From an uncultured archaeon (GTDB lineage Archaea > Asgardarchaeota > Heimdallarchaeia > Heimdallarchaeales > Heimdallarchaeaceae), in assembly GCA_964534625.1 (NCBI GenBank), contig CAZHRF010000001.1, forward strand, positions 72,897 to 136,896: DNA of 64,000 bases, in the 5' to 3' direction. The notes below the pieces were generated by a model. That model was not told the origin of the DNA and made no database searches. It saw only the letters and a list, made by a program, of their open reading frames with translations. Within the stretch, counting starts at the first letter, position 1. Each line of letters begins with the position of its first letter. Made by a program: the position numbers and the translations under genes. This document shows positions 42,217-52,499 of the stretch, one piece after another.

Positions 42217-42456
42217 TTGACCTTTATGAGTGACTATGAAGAAAAAAATATTGAATGTATTCTTACAATATTAAAGAAACAAAGCCCTGCTACAACTAAA
42301 GAGATTTTAGCATTACGAGATTTGTTTCCTGAACTTTGTTCTGGTTGTAGTTCTGGTGGTGATGTTGTTCTAGCGGGAAAGCAACTAGTAGAAATGGGTA
42401 GAATAGAGAGGAAATGGTCAAGTTCTGGTTTTGTTTGGTCATTAATAGAAGATTAA
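42217..42456 (+). CDS. small hypothetical protein (possible winged-helix)
   Basis: 79 aa. Lies 13 bp upstream of the cysteine desulfurase gene. No diagnostic motif. Confidence 0.3.
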   Translation: MTFMSDYEEKNIECILTILKKQSPATTKEILALRDLFPELCSGCSSGGDVVLAGKQLVEMGRIERKWSSSGFVWSLIED

Positions 42457-42469
42457 GATGTGATTTATT

Positions 42470-43732
42470 ATGGTAGTATGGTCAAAAATTAGAAAAGATT
42501 TCCCAGTTTTAAATGAGCTATATGAAGGTAAACAATTAGTATATTTTGATACAGCTTGTATGGCATTGAAACCAATTCAAGTATGGAAGGAAATTGAATA
42601 TTATTATAAGTATTTAGGTGCATGTGGTGGAGCTGGGAGATCTACTCATTGTTTGGGTTCTGAAACTAGTTTGCTAACAGAAGAAGCACGAAATAAAGTG
42701 TCTAATTTCTTGAATGCAAAAGGATCACAAGAAGTTATATGGACACGAAATGCAACAGAAGGTTTGAATCTTCTTGCAAATACAATAAAAATGGAAAAAG
42801 GTAATAATATTGTTACAACAACTCTGGAACATCATAGCGGGATGTTACCCTTTTATGAGCGGTGTCAAAGAGATGGTTACGAGTTTAGGTTAGTAAAAGC
42901 ACAAGAAGATGGTACTTTTGATATCACTGCTTTTGAAGAAAAAATAGATGGTAATACAAGGTTGGTTTCGTTGGTTCATACTTCTAATTTAACAGGTACA
43001 ATTGCTCCTTTAGAACAGATTGTAGAGATTGCCCACGAAAATGGAGCATTAATTGTTACTGATGAAGCGCAATATGTTCCTCATCATAAACTGGATGTTC
43101 AGAAGTTGGATATAGATTTTTGTGTGATCAGTTGGCATAAAGCATTGGGACCAACTGGAATGGGAACATTATATGGAAAATATGATTTATTGGAGGATTT
43201 AGATATGTTTCTTGTTGGAGGCGATGTAATAGAAGATGTTGTTTATATGAACAATCAAATTAAACCGAAGTATCTTCCACCACCACATAAATTCGAAGCT
43301 GGATTACAAAATTATGCGGGAATGTTGGGGGTTGGAGCTGCAATTGATTATCTACAGAAAATAGGTATGAAAAATATTGAACAACGAGAAAAAGTTCTTA
43401 TTAAAAAACTCTTGCAAGGTATAATTGACATAGATAAGTTTGAGATAATAGGTACAAAAAATCCCAAAAAACGTGGATCACTTGTCTCTTTTAGGCCCAT
43501 TTCCGATACCGTAAACCATAACGATATAGCAATGTATATGAATGAAATGTTACCTCATCATAGAATCTTGATGCGTGCAGGTGCTCATTGCGTCCACCCA
43601 TTTCAATATCAACTTGGAATGAATCCAGGTAAGAGTGAAGGAACAGTTAGAGCCTCATTATATATCTATAATACATTACATGAAATTGACATTTTCTTAG
43701 AATCTCTTGAAGAGTTCGCAAGAGTAATATAG
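42470..43732 (+). CDS. class V aminotransferase / cysteine desulfurase (SufS/CsdA-like)
   Basis: 420 aa. SWHKALGPTGMGTLYGK resembles the SufS PLP-lysine motif. The active-site Cys region HCVHPF is near the C-terminus. Confidence 0.7.
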   Translation: MVVWSKIRKDFPVLNELYEGKQLVYFDTACMALKPIQVWKEIEYYYKYLGACGGAGRSTHCLGSETSLLTEEARNKVSNFLNAKGSQEVIWTRNATEGLNLLANTIKMEKGNNIVTTTLEHHSGMLPFYERCQRDGYEFRLVKAQEDGTFDITAFEEKIDGNTRLVSLVHTSNLTGTIAPLEQIVEIAHENGALIVTDEAQYVPHHKLDVQKLDIDFCVISWHKALGPTGMGTLYGKYDLLEDLDMFLVGGDVIEDVVYMNNQIKPKYLPPPHKFEAGLQNYAGMLGVGAAIDYLQKIGMKNIEQREKVLIKKLLQGIIDIDKFEIIGTKNPKKRGSLVSFRPISDTVNHNDIAMYMNEMLPHHRILMRAGAHCVHPFQYQLGMNPGKSEGTVRASLYIYNTLHEIDIFLESLEEFARVI

Positions 43733-43755
43733 TAAAAAGATATTAACCGCATAAG

Positions 43756-44706
43756 GTGAAGGAATTGGATAATGCATTAGTAACAGGTGGTTGTGGTTTT
43801 ATTGGATCACATATCGTAGATGAGCTAATAAAAAGACATTATTTTGTAACAGTAATAGATGATTTAAGTGCGGGAACTAATCTAAACTATCTACAACCCT
43901 ATATTGCTAGTAATAAAGCAGATTTCTTCAAATATGATATTAGAAATTATGAGGAGATAATAAAAATAGATAGGGACTATAAATGTATGTTCCACTATGC
44001 TGCTCAACCCGATGTAAAAATAAGTGTAAATAATCCAAGATACGATTTTGAAGTAAATATAGATGGAACTTTCAATATATTAGAACTTGCAAGATTAAAA
44101 GACATTCAACAAATAGTTTTTGCTAGTTCAGCAGGAACAATATATGGCGAACCCGATGTTTTTCCGACACCTGAAAATTATCCACTTAGACCTATTAGTA
44201 ACTATGGGGCAGCCAAAGCAGCAATGGAAATGTATTGTTCAAGCTATTCTTCATTGTACGGATTAAGTATCGTTAGTACACGATTGGGTAACGTATTTGG
44301 ACCTAGATCTACTCATGGAGTTATGTATGATTTTTATCATAAATTAATGGTTAATCCGAATAAATTGACCATACTAGGTGATGGAAACCAAACAAAATCT
44401 TACCTATATATTGATGAAGTAATAGACGCTACAATGATTTTATTTAAAAAAATGAAAAAAGACTATGAGGTTTATAATGTGAATTCAGAGGAACCAATTA
44501 CAGTAACTGAAATTGCTTCCGAAATGTGTTCGGTTTTGGGATTAAATGAGGTGAGGTTTGAGTATACTGGGGGTAAACGAGGTTGGAAAGGTGATGTTGT
44601 CTACATGTCAAGTGATACATCTAAACTAAAAGAAGAAGGCTGGAAACCAACAATAAATACTAAAGAGGGCATTCAACGATATATTGAATGGTTAAAGGGA
44701 AAGTAA
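43756..44706 (+). CDS. NAD-dependent sugar epimerase/dehydratase (SDR family)
   Basis: 316 aa. Contains VTGGCGFIGSH (Rossmann motif) and the YGAAKAAME catalytic YxxxK. Confidence 0.8.
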   Translation: MKELDNALVTGGCGFIGSHIVDELIKRHYFVTVIDDLSAGTNLNYLQPYIASNKADFFKYDIRNYEEIIKIDRDYKCMFHYAAQPDVKISVNNPRYDFEVNIDGTFNILELARLKDIQQIVFASSAGTIYGEPDVFPTPENYPLRPISNYGAAKAAMEMYCSSYSSLYGLSIVSTRLGNVFGPRSTHGVMYDFYHKLMVNPNKLTILGDGNQTKSYLYIDEVIDATMILFKKMKKDYEVYNVNSEEPITVTEIASEMCSVLGLNEVRFEYTGGKRGWKGDVVYMSSDTSKLKEEGWKPTINTKEGIQRYIEWLKGK

Positions 44707-44848
44707 AGGAAAAGTAAAGAAAGGAAAATCCTATTAATAGCTTCATTTTTTTATTCTTAAACTATATTTGTCAGATGAGAATATTTTTGATTGACATGAA
44801 TTAAAGAAAAACAGACAAAAAATTGTAAAAAAAATGGGGTGAAAAGAA

Positions 44849-45112
44849 ATGACAAGAGAAGATTTGAAAAAAATAGAAACAGCTATTAAACTATTGGAAA
44901 GGTTAAGTGAAGATGCATCTGTACCAAGGAATATACGCCGAGTAGCGTCAGAATCACTAGAAATCATTTATGATGAAGATCCTGAAATGAGTATAGCAGT
45001 AAAAGCAAGCAATGTAATAGAAAATTTGGAAGAATTAACATATGAACATAATTGTCCAAGTCATGCAAGGCAAATTTTATTTGATATTATTGTAGAACTT
45101 GAAATATCATAG
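44849..45112 (+). CDS. UPF0147-family small conserved archaeal protein
   Basis: 87 aa. The SVPRNIRRVASE segment matches my recollection of the UPF0147 family. Confidence 0.4.
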   Translation: MTREDLKKIETAIKLLERLSEDASVPRNIRRVASESLEIIYDEDPEMSIAVKASNVIENLEELTYEHNCPSHARQILFDIIVELEIS

Positions 45113-45312
45113 AAGGAGCTATATTCTTTTATTATATTTATTTTAAATTAAACTAAAAATATCCCACTATCGACTGTTGTTCACGGTCTCTGGTGAGATT
45201 GGTAAGGGCTATAGAAATGTATCCTTCTCTCAAATTTACATACTTGAATTAATTTACTAGGCATATATTGACATGAAGCTCTAATTTCATGTCTTATATT
45301 TTTTTATTCTAA

Positions 45313-46581
45313 TTAATCAATATCTTTCTTCACCTTTGTACCTGGTAATAAAAGACTACCCGCTTTTATTTTTCTTCCAGGAAATATTAAGGTGTTTACT
45401 CCTAACTCACATGCATCACCAATAATTGCCCCGAGTTTTGTATATCCAGAAGAAACTTCTTTATTATTAATAAAAACCGAAACCTTGCCTTTTGGTGTTT
45501 TTGTATTTACTGTCATAACTCCAGTAGACATAATAGTACCTTTGCCAACAATACTATCGCCCACATAACACATACGATATATTTTTGTTCCTTCAAATAC
45601 AACAGAATCTTTTAACTCACTTCCAAAACCAATAAGTGAATTAGCACCAATTGCTGTATTATTTCTTATCAATGCATTATTGCCAATGTAAGAATTAGGT
45701 CCTATATATACTGGCCCATTAAGAACTGTTCCTGAAGATATTTTGGTATTTTCACCAATGATGACTGTGTTTTTAAGAACAACATTAGCTTCTATTTCTA
45801 CATTGTTGGCAATTCTTGATTCTGTCAATTTAGACAGTAGCATCCGATTTGCTTCAAGTATATTCCATGGTTTCCCAATATCTATCCATTCTTTTTCCCA
45901 AATAGCAGCAATTATTTTGTCTCCTTGGGCAATACGCGAATTGAGCGCTTTAACTAGACTATGTTGCTTCTTAATTTCACTAAATATTGAAGTATTTAAG
46001 ATAAAACAACCAGCATCAACATAATGTGAGTGCGAATCATCTTTTTCATCAATTGTACATCCAACTTCTTTGATGTGTCCTGTATAGTCGATGTTGACAA
46101 CGCCAAAGTCTCCGGTATCTCCTTGTAAAGTAAGTGACATGGCCATTTCTGCTTGTGTATTCTCAAGTGCATTCAGAACCCGCTTAATTAATCCCTTCTC
46201 TGATATAATATCACCAAATAAAAGGAGAAACTTAGATTCATTCTGTACATATACTTCTGCCGCCAATAAAGCGTGTTCAATTCCCTCCTTGTTACCTTGA
46301 TCTGCATATTGGATGTTAATATTAAACTCTTTACCACTCTTAAAATAAGAACGGATTTGTTCTCCTTTGTAGCCTGTTATTATTAAAATCTCGTTAATAC
46401 CCGTTTCCTTAAGTTCTTCAATGATGTATTGTAAAATAGGTTTTCCTAGGAGCTTAATCATAGGCTTCGGTCTTGTATCCGTTATAGGTTGAAGTTCATT
46501 TCCTCTACCACCTGCAAGAATTACTGCCTTCATTTTATTTCTAACCCTTTTATTTTTCTTGTTGTTAATATATGTATGCAT
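45313..46581 (-). CDS. bifunctional sugar-1-phosphate nucleotidyltransferase / hexapeptide acyltransferase (archaeal GlmU-like)
   Basis: 422 aa. The N-terminal MKAVILAGGRGNELQPITDTRPKPM is the NTP-transferase motif. The C-terminal half is rich in [LIV]GxxxxI hexapeptide repeats forming a left-handed beta-helix. Confidence 0.75.
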   Translation of the reverse strand: MHTYINNKKNKRVRNKMKAVILAGGRGNELQPITDTRPKPMIKLLGKPILQYIIEELKETGINEILIITGYKGEQIRSYFKSGKEFNINIQYADQGNKEGIEHALLAAEVYVQNESKFLLLFGDIISEKGLIKRVLNALENTQAEMAMSLTLQGDTGDFGVVNIDYTGHIKEVGCTIDEKDDSHSHYVDAGCFILNTSIFSEIKKQHSLVKALNSRIAQGDKIIAAIWEKEWIDIGKPWNILEANRMLLSKLTESRIANNVEIEANVVLKNTVIIGENTKISSGTVLNGPVYIGPNSYIGNNALIRNNTAIGANSLIGFGSELKDSVVFEGTKIYRMCYVGDSIVGKGTIMSTGVMTVNTKTPKGKVSVFINNKEVSSGYTKLGAIIGDACELGVNTLIFPGRKIKAGSLLLPGTKVKKDID

Positions 46582-46668
46582 GCTTAATGTGTTTCACTTG
46601 ATTTTACTCAAAAAAGGTATAAAAATGTTCTCTTTTCTTCTTATAGATACCCTTATTCATGAATTTTT

Positions 46669-48495
46669 TTATATAACAGTAACACTTTTAGCTAGATTAC
46701 GTGGTTTATCTGGATCATATCCCCTTTTTACTGCTGTGTAATATGATAATAGCTGTAGTGGAACCACATATCCTATTGTACTAAATGTTTTTGAATATCC
46801 TTTTGGTATCTCGAGTGTCCAATCTGCTAGTTCTTTCATTTTCTTATCTCCTTTTTCTATTGTTGCTATGATCTTCCCCCCTCTTGCTTTCATCTCCATT
46901 ATATTACCAATTATTTTATTATTTGAGGCATCATTAGGTGCTACAAAAACTACAGGATAATCATCCTCGATTAAGGCAATAGGCCCGTGTTTTGATTCAC
47001 CTGCGGGATAAGCCTCACAATGGATGTATGATATCTCTTTCATTTTGAGGGCCCCCTCCATTGCTGTTTGGACATTTATGCCCCTACCTAAATAGAAACT
47101 GCTATTCTTCTTTGCAAACCATGTAGCTATTTGTTTTGTTTTTACTTCATTATCTCTTATTATTTCACTTACGAAATTAGGTATTTCGTTGAATTTTTTT
47201 CTAAGTTTTTTATACTCAGAATCTAACAAATTACCTGTTATCTTTCCTAATTCAATACCAATGTCCCACATGGCTAATGTTTGATTAATATATGTTTTGG
47301 TGGCAGCCACCCCTATTTCGGGACCTGCATGAATATAAACAACATCTTCCGAATAGCGAGTTATAGTACTTCCAACAACATTAATAGTGGACATTATAGT
47401 TGCATTCTTTTTTTGTGCAGCTTTTAACGCTTGTATTGTGTCCATGGTCTCTCCACTTTGGGAAACAGCGATTAATGCGGTATTATCATCAATTAGTGGT
47501 TCGATTATTTCATATTCTGAAGCTACAATAGATTGAGCAAGTTTTTTCCCGTGTTTACGTATTAGATATTCTCCTGTAAGAGTTGAATGATAAGCTGTAC
47601 CAGCCGCTAAGAAAAATATTTTATCAACTTCATTGATTTTTGATGCTATTTTATTTACAGTAGGTTGTTTGATACGGATATAATTGGAAAGTACGTTGGG
47701 TTGTTCGTGAATCTCTTTAAGCATAAAATGGGGAAAACCTCCTTTTTGTGCCATTTCTGGCTTCCAAGATACCGTATATGGTTTTCTTTTTATAACTTGA
47801 TTATTATGTAAATTGATTATTTGGTAGCTATCTGTAGAAATTTTTGTGAATTCATTATCCCTGAGTAGAATAACATGCTGAGTATGAGTAAGAAAAGCCG
47901 GTATGTCAGATGCAATGAACATACGTTCATCATTTACACCTATCACCAATGGACTATCTTTTTTTGCGCAATAAATGTGGTTTGGTTCATGAGTTGAAAT
48001 AATTGCAACAGCAAACGCCCCCTCAATCCTGTTTAAAGCCGCCAAAACTGCTTTTTCAAAAGAGAGCCCTTTTTTTTCCATCGTATATTCTATTAAATGT
48101 GGTATAACTTCCGTATCTGTGTCTGATTTGAAAGAATGACCATTTTCAATCAATTCTTGTTTCAATTCTTGGAAATTTTCAACTATACCATTATGTACAA
48201 CTGCTATTTTATTATTGGAATCAGTATGAGGATGTGAGTTTTTCTGATTGGGTTTTCCATGAGTTGCCCAACGTGTATGACCTATTGCTATAGTTCCGTA
48301 AATATTTCTAATTTGCGTTTGTTCAACGACTTCCTTAATTTTTCCTTGATCTTTAACAATTGACAACTCCCCATTCTTGATGGCTGCAATACCCACACTA
48401 TCATAACCCCTATATTCAAGTTTAGTAAGTGAATCAATTATTTGTTCCCCAATACGTGTTTCTGTTTTCTGGATTATACCAACGATTCCACACAT
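46669..48495 (-). CDS. glmS: glutamine--fructose-6-phosphate aminotransferase
   Basis: 608 aa. Has the N-terminal MCGIVGI catalytic Cys2, two C-terminal SIS domains, and the terminal KSVTVI-type tail. Confidence 0.9.
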   Translation of the reverse strand: MCGIVGIIQKTETRIGEQIIDSLTKLEYRGYDSVGIAAIKNGELSIVKDQGKIKEVVEQTQIRNIYGTIAIGHTRWATHGKPNQKNSHPHTDSNNKIAVVHNGIVENFQELKQELIENGHSFKSDTDTEVIPHLIEYTMEKKGLSFEKAVLAALNRIEGAFAVAIISTHEPNHIYCAKKDSPLVIGVNDERMFIASDIPAFLTHTQHVILLRDNEFTKISTDSYQIINLHNNQVIKRKPYTVSWKPEMAQKGGFPHFMLKEIHEQPNVLSNYIRIKQPTVNKIASKINEVDKIFFLAAGTAYHSTLTGEYLIRKHGKKLAQSIVASEYEIIEPLIDDNTALIAVSQSGETMDTIQALKAAQKKNATIMSTINVVGSTITRYSEDVVYIHAGPEIGVAATKTYINQTLAMWDIGIELGKITGNLLDSEYKKLRKKFNEIPNFVSEIIRDNEVKTKQIATWFAKKNSSFYLGRGINVQTAMEGALKMKEISYIHCEAYPAGESKHGPIALIEDDYPVVFVAPNDASNNKIIGNIMEMKARGGKIIATIEKGDKKMKELADWTLEIPKGYSKTFSTIGYVVPLQLLSYYTAVKRGYDPDKPRNLAKSVTVI

Positions 48496-48593
48496 CTTAT
48501 ATCACTAAATATTGCACATTTAACATTTTATCTGATTTTGAGTTAAATCCAGTAAATGATTATTCTCTCTTTATTTAAACTTTCTGTTAAATC

Positions 48594-49718
48594 TTATTGC
48601 AATAGGTCGTTTTGGATATCTTTTACTGTATGTTCTTTTTTAAGGATATCTTTAAGATTATCAATACTTGATGTGGTTGTGGGATCAACTTCATAAAGAA
48701 TTGCAAGATAAATACTAATAAAATCAATGAGATAGGTGAGACTTAATTGTCTAGCCAATCTTGATTTACCCTTAGGCTTTATTTCAATAGTGAATCGAGC
48801 GTATTTTTTTACTGTTTTTATTGTTTCTTTTATACGGATTTGAATCGATTTTGAAATTACCGTGTCAACTAAAAATATAACCCCCATATCTTGACGGGCA
48901 GTTATAGGGTCATCCCATGCCACGATACCATTATGATTTTGCTCTGGAATACTTTCAGCAATAGCGACAAGTTTAGTATTTTCGTTGAATTGACATTTAG
49001 CTCTATAAGCAATGGCTGTGGAAAGATTGTGACCTATTATATGAGGAATTGTATTAAATAACTTATTAGCTATTTGTTTTGCTTCATTAGAATCAGTAGT
49101 GGAATCGGGTTCATACACCTTAGAAAGATTATAGAGTACATTTTGACTTTCTTTCAACTCTGAAGATAAATCTGGCAATAATGAAAATCGTTCTAAAATC
49201 GTAATTAGTGTAGTATAGATAAGTGGTAATGCAGTACGAGGAGGTTGACCTTGGCGCAACTGAAAGAATGGTATTCCTAATGCTGAAGAAAATTTAGACA
49301 ATTTTCCATTGGATGAAACTGCTATAGTTTGTGCACCTCTTGTAAGAGCATCTTGAAAACAAGCAAGAGTTTCTTCTGTATTTCCTGAATAACTCACACA
49401 GATAACTAAAGTTGTGTCATCAACAAAATTTGGTAAAAAATAGTCCCGATTTACAATAACCGGAATAGATAATGTATCATTGAAACACGAAATGAGATAA
49501 TCGCCTACAATAGCTGAACCACCCATACCCGCTATAACTATGGACGTAGGATCACGATATCTGATTTTGTTCATTTTGCATTTAATATGTGATGGAATAT
49601 CAACTGAAATGGCTAGTTTTCGTGCTTCTTTGATGAGTTTTGACCAATTACCCATAACTCCAAGTTGATCTGATTTATCAACTCGGGAAATTAGTTCTAT
49701 ATCATCAAGATTAAGCAT
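48594..49718 (-). CDS. SIS-domain sugar-phosphate isomerase (bifunctional PGI/PMI-like)
   Basis: 374 aa. SIS motifs IAGMGGSAIVGDY and VICVSYSGNTEETL are present. Adjacent to glmS. Confidence 0.6.
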   Translation of the reverse strand: MLNLDDIELISRVDKSDQLGVMGNWSKLIKEARKLAISVDIPSHIKCKMNKIRYRDPTSIVIAGMGGSAIVGDYLISCFNDTLSIPVIVNRDYFLPNFVDDTTLVICVSYSGNTEETLACFQDALTRGAQTIAVSSNGKLSKFSSALGIPFFQLRQGQPPRTALPLIYTTLITILERFSLLPDLSSELKESQNVLYNLSKVYEPDSTTDSNEAKQIANKLFNTIPHIIGHNLSTAIAYRAKCQFNENTKLVAIAESIPEQNHNGIVAWDDPITARQDMGVIFLVDTVISKSIQIRIKETIKTVKKYARFTIEIKPKGKSRLARQLSLTYLIDFISIYLAILYEVDPTTTSSIDNLKDILKKEHTVKDIQNDLLQ

Positions 49719-49826
49719 AAAGAAAGCAATAAATAATGTTATTTATATATTACTGATAACTCATCTAGGTAGCCTTTTTCAAATTAGATTTATCATGAGG
49801 TGATAAAATTCGAATTAGAAAGAGAT

Positions 49827-49904
49827 TGGTGGGGAAGAGCAGACTTGAACTGCTGACTTCCTCGGTGTAAGCGAGGTATCATAACCGAGCTAGATCACTT
49901 CCCC
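49827..49904 (-). tRNA. tRNA-Val (anticodon TAC), CCA encoded
   Basis: Minus strand reads GGGGAAG..., then CCTCG-CTTACAC-CGAGG, then AGCAG-TTCAAGT-CTGCT, then CTTCCCC-A-CCA. Confidence 0.85.
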
Positions 49905-50008
49905 AAGTATTATATTCCTTTTTTATTCTTTTAATTTTAAATTTTTGGTTAACTGTTTTTCTTTGTTTTTCTTTCGCTTAATTTATATATATTAGTTTAC
50001 TTTTCTTC

Positions 50009-50815
50009 ATGGTGTTTATGTCAACAGCTCCCGACGTCAATATATTACTTAAGTCACTAGGTTTAACTGTCTATGAGATTAAAACCTTTAAAGCATTACT
50101 TGAAGCGTCTTCATTAACTGCTGATCAAATACATGTTGTAACAGATATTCCTACTCCTAGAATTTACGATACAATTGATAGTCTAGAAAAAAAAGGATTA
50201 GTGCGTGTTATACCTGGAAGACCAAAAAAGTTTGAATGTATTGACCCAAATATTGGATTGGATAATTTTTTGTCTCAACTAAAAGAGGAATATGAAAACG
50301 ATCTAAAAAAGATTACAAAAACCACAAATACACTAAAAACAGCATTAGGAAGTTCTTATTATGAATCACATTATAAGATCCAACCTGATGAACTTTTACA
50401 AGCTTATTCTTCGTTAGATGAAATGCAATTAAAAACATCTAACATAATTGAGACCGCAAAGGAGGAAGTGTGTGTTTTTACTAATGTTTTTTATTGGTTT
50501 GATGAAGTGAAGATTGCAATAGAAAAAGCTCTTTCTAGATCTGTTTCTGTTCGCGTTATTATGAGTATGTTAGATTCAAAATCAAAGAAAATTGCCTCTC
50601 TCTTAACTCAAATGGGCGCTAATGTGCGTGAATTACCTGAAGATAGTTTTTCAATTCGAGGAACACTGGTTGATCAAGAACAAGTTGTATTTGTTATCTG
50701 GGTGACGCCAAAATCCGATGAAAAATTTATTTACAGACCACATTTTTCATCAAATCCTGGTATAATTGAACTTTTTTATAATAATTTTGAGTATTTATGG
50801 ACTAAAGGTAATTAA
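50009..50815 (+). CDS. TrmB-family transcriptional regulator
   Basis: 268 aa. The N-terminal winged HTH LKSLGLTVYEIKTFKALLEASSLTADQIHVVTDIPTPRIYDTIDSLEKKGLV matches the TrmB pattern. It also has a C-terminal effector domain. Confidence 0.65.
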   Translation: MVFMSTAPDVNILLKSLGLTVYEIKTFKALLEASSLTADQIHVVTDIPTPRIYDTIDSLEKKGLVRVIPGRPKKFECIDPNIGLDNFLSQLKEEYENDLKKITKTTNTLKTALGSSYYESHYKIQPDELLQAYSSLDEMQLKTSNIIETAKEEVCVFTNVFYWFDEVKIAIEKALSRSVSVRVIMSMLDSKSKKIASLLTQMGANVRELPEDSFSIRGTLVDQEQVVFVIWVTPKSDEKFIYRPHFSSNPGIIELFYNNFEYLWTKGN

Positions 50816-50816
50816 A

Positions 50817-51593
50817 TCACTCTTTAGTCATAATTTCAGCTACTCTATAGGAGATTTGAGCGCCCAACTTTACTCCTTTAAGTAGACCTCCGATCTCAGG
50901 GATTAAGCCATCTGCTCTTGTGCCCTCTTTACATATTAGTCTGTATTCTAATAATCCAAGACGTTCAATAATCTCAATATCTAAATAGTGATTGGTTTGT
51001 TTTAATGCGTCCTTTATCATAGTTTTTGTTGCCCCACAGACGATTAAACACTCTTTAGCTTGTATAAGTGGATTTTCTAACCAATCAATTGTTTCTGGTG
51101 CTAACCTAATTCTCAATTTTCCTCCCAGAACTTTCTTTTCAGTTATTTCAAAAAGCATAGGTAAATTATCAACAAATCCATAGGCATATATTATTTGTCT
51201 GGTAGAAACAGTTTGTCCTTGGGCCAATTGGTCTCTCATCTCATAAAGAGGGAACAAGGCATCAATTGGTTCTCGAGTGGTTCTAGCACCAACTTCGACA
51301 AAAATTCCAAAACCTACCTCTCCAGGTCGTTTTAATCTACCTATTATTTTTTGACCTATTTCTATGTCACTTATACTTTGAATGGTACCATGATACTGAA
51401 TTAAATAGTTGGCTGCAATAACCTCGTCGTCTCCTTCTAAATATACTTGAGCAAAATTGTTTTTTGTAAAAGACACTTCTTTAATATCTACATTTAATTC
51501 CTTAAGTTCTTCCCTGATGATGTATTTCAGAGACTTGGCTATATTTTGAGTAGGGAGATTATATGCCTTCTCTAATAGAATTATATTTTTCAT
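50817..51593 (-). CDS. conserved hypothetical protein
   Basis: 258 aa with no motif recognised. Its 5' end overlaps the 3' end of Trm56 by 35 nt. Confidence 0.35.
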   Translation of the reverse strand: MKNIILLEKAYNLPTQNIAKSLKYIIREELKELNVDIKEVSFTKNNFAQVYLEGDDEVIAANYLIQYHGTIQSISDIEIGQKIIGRLKRPGEVGFGIFVEVGARTTREPIDALFPLYEMRDQLAQGQTVSTRQIIYAYGFVDNLPMLFEITEKKVLGGKLRIRLAPETIDWLENPLIQAKECLIVCGATKTMIKDALKQTNHYLDIEIIERLGLLEYRLICKEGTRADGLIPEIGGLLKGVKLGAQISYRVAEIMTKE

Positions 51594-52143
51594 TGTAATT
51601 TACACCATCCTTTTTTATGGTTCTTTTTCCTTTCCTTTGAGGAATAATTTCTATATTTGCATTCGAAAATTTCTTCTTTCTAGCTTTTCCCTCTGTAATA
51701 TAATCAAGAAAAACAGCTAGAGCGGCCACTTCACTATGTGGTTGGTTTCCAATAGCTATATTATAATTAGATAATTGATAAATTTCTGCTGGAACCTTTG
51801 ATCCACCCAATATGATTAATATTTTTTTTTCATTTGAAAGTTTAGTTTTGATTTCTTCCAAACTCTCTCCCAATTCAATGCCAAACATAGTTAAATGGAT
51901 GATTATTCCACTACTTTGTTTCCATTTCTTAATTATACCAGAGTGTTTTTTAGTATAAGTAACCCTAAATTTCCCTCCCCACTCTTTGTTTATTCGCATC
52001 AAATTAGATTCTATATTCTTGTCCCTCATTCCCGTATAGACCATATTACTTGCACCAAAAGCTCTAGCTGTCAGAGCAACATGTGTTGTCATTCTTTTAT
52101 CTCTCGCAATTCTGTGACCCAATCGTAAAATCGTGGCTTCCAT
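51559..52143 (-). CDS. trm56: tRNA (cytidine56-2'-O)-methyltransferase Trm56 (SPOUT)
   Basis: 194 aa. The N-terminal ILRLGHRIARDKRMTTHVALTARAFGA matches the aTrm56 signature (LRLGHRxxRDKRxTTHV). Confidence 0.7.
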   Translation of the reverse strand: MEATILRLGHRIARDKRMTTHVALTARAFGASNMVYTGMRDKNIESNLMRINKEWGGKFRVTYTKKHSGIIKKWKQSSGIIIHLTMFGIELGESLEEIKTKLSNEKKILIILGGSKVPAEIYQLSNYNIAIGNQPHSEVAALAVFLDYITEGKARKKKFSNANIEIIPQRKGKRTIKKDGVNYNEKYNSIREGI

Positions 52144-52499
52144 CAGTTGTATTAAATTCTTAATTCACTTAAATATAATGATAAACGAGTAGTCGATAGA
52201 AGTTTCTTGAACCTCTCTAATTTGTAAGCACCGTATATAGTTTTGTTTTTACGTTTTAATAGGGGTTTTCTAATATTCGTTCATAATTTTTAATCCTTTA
52301 ATTCTCTTGGTATAATCGCATAGTTTGTGCTTTCAATCTAATTATGTGAATAGTGTTATTATATTTATTGTTAGTTATTGTTCTATTTTCTTTTACTTCC
52401 CTAATGAGACTCCTTGTATCTCCGTCTTTGTCGCTCAAAGTTACAAATATAAAGTCTTTTATAGTCCCCGATAGTAACTAATATTGAGAAAACTCAAAG

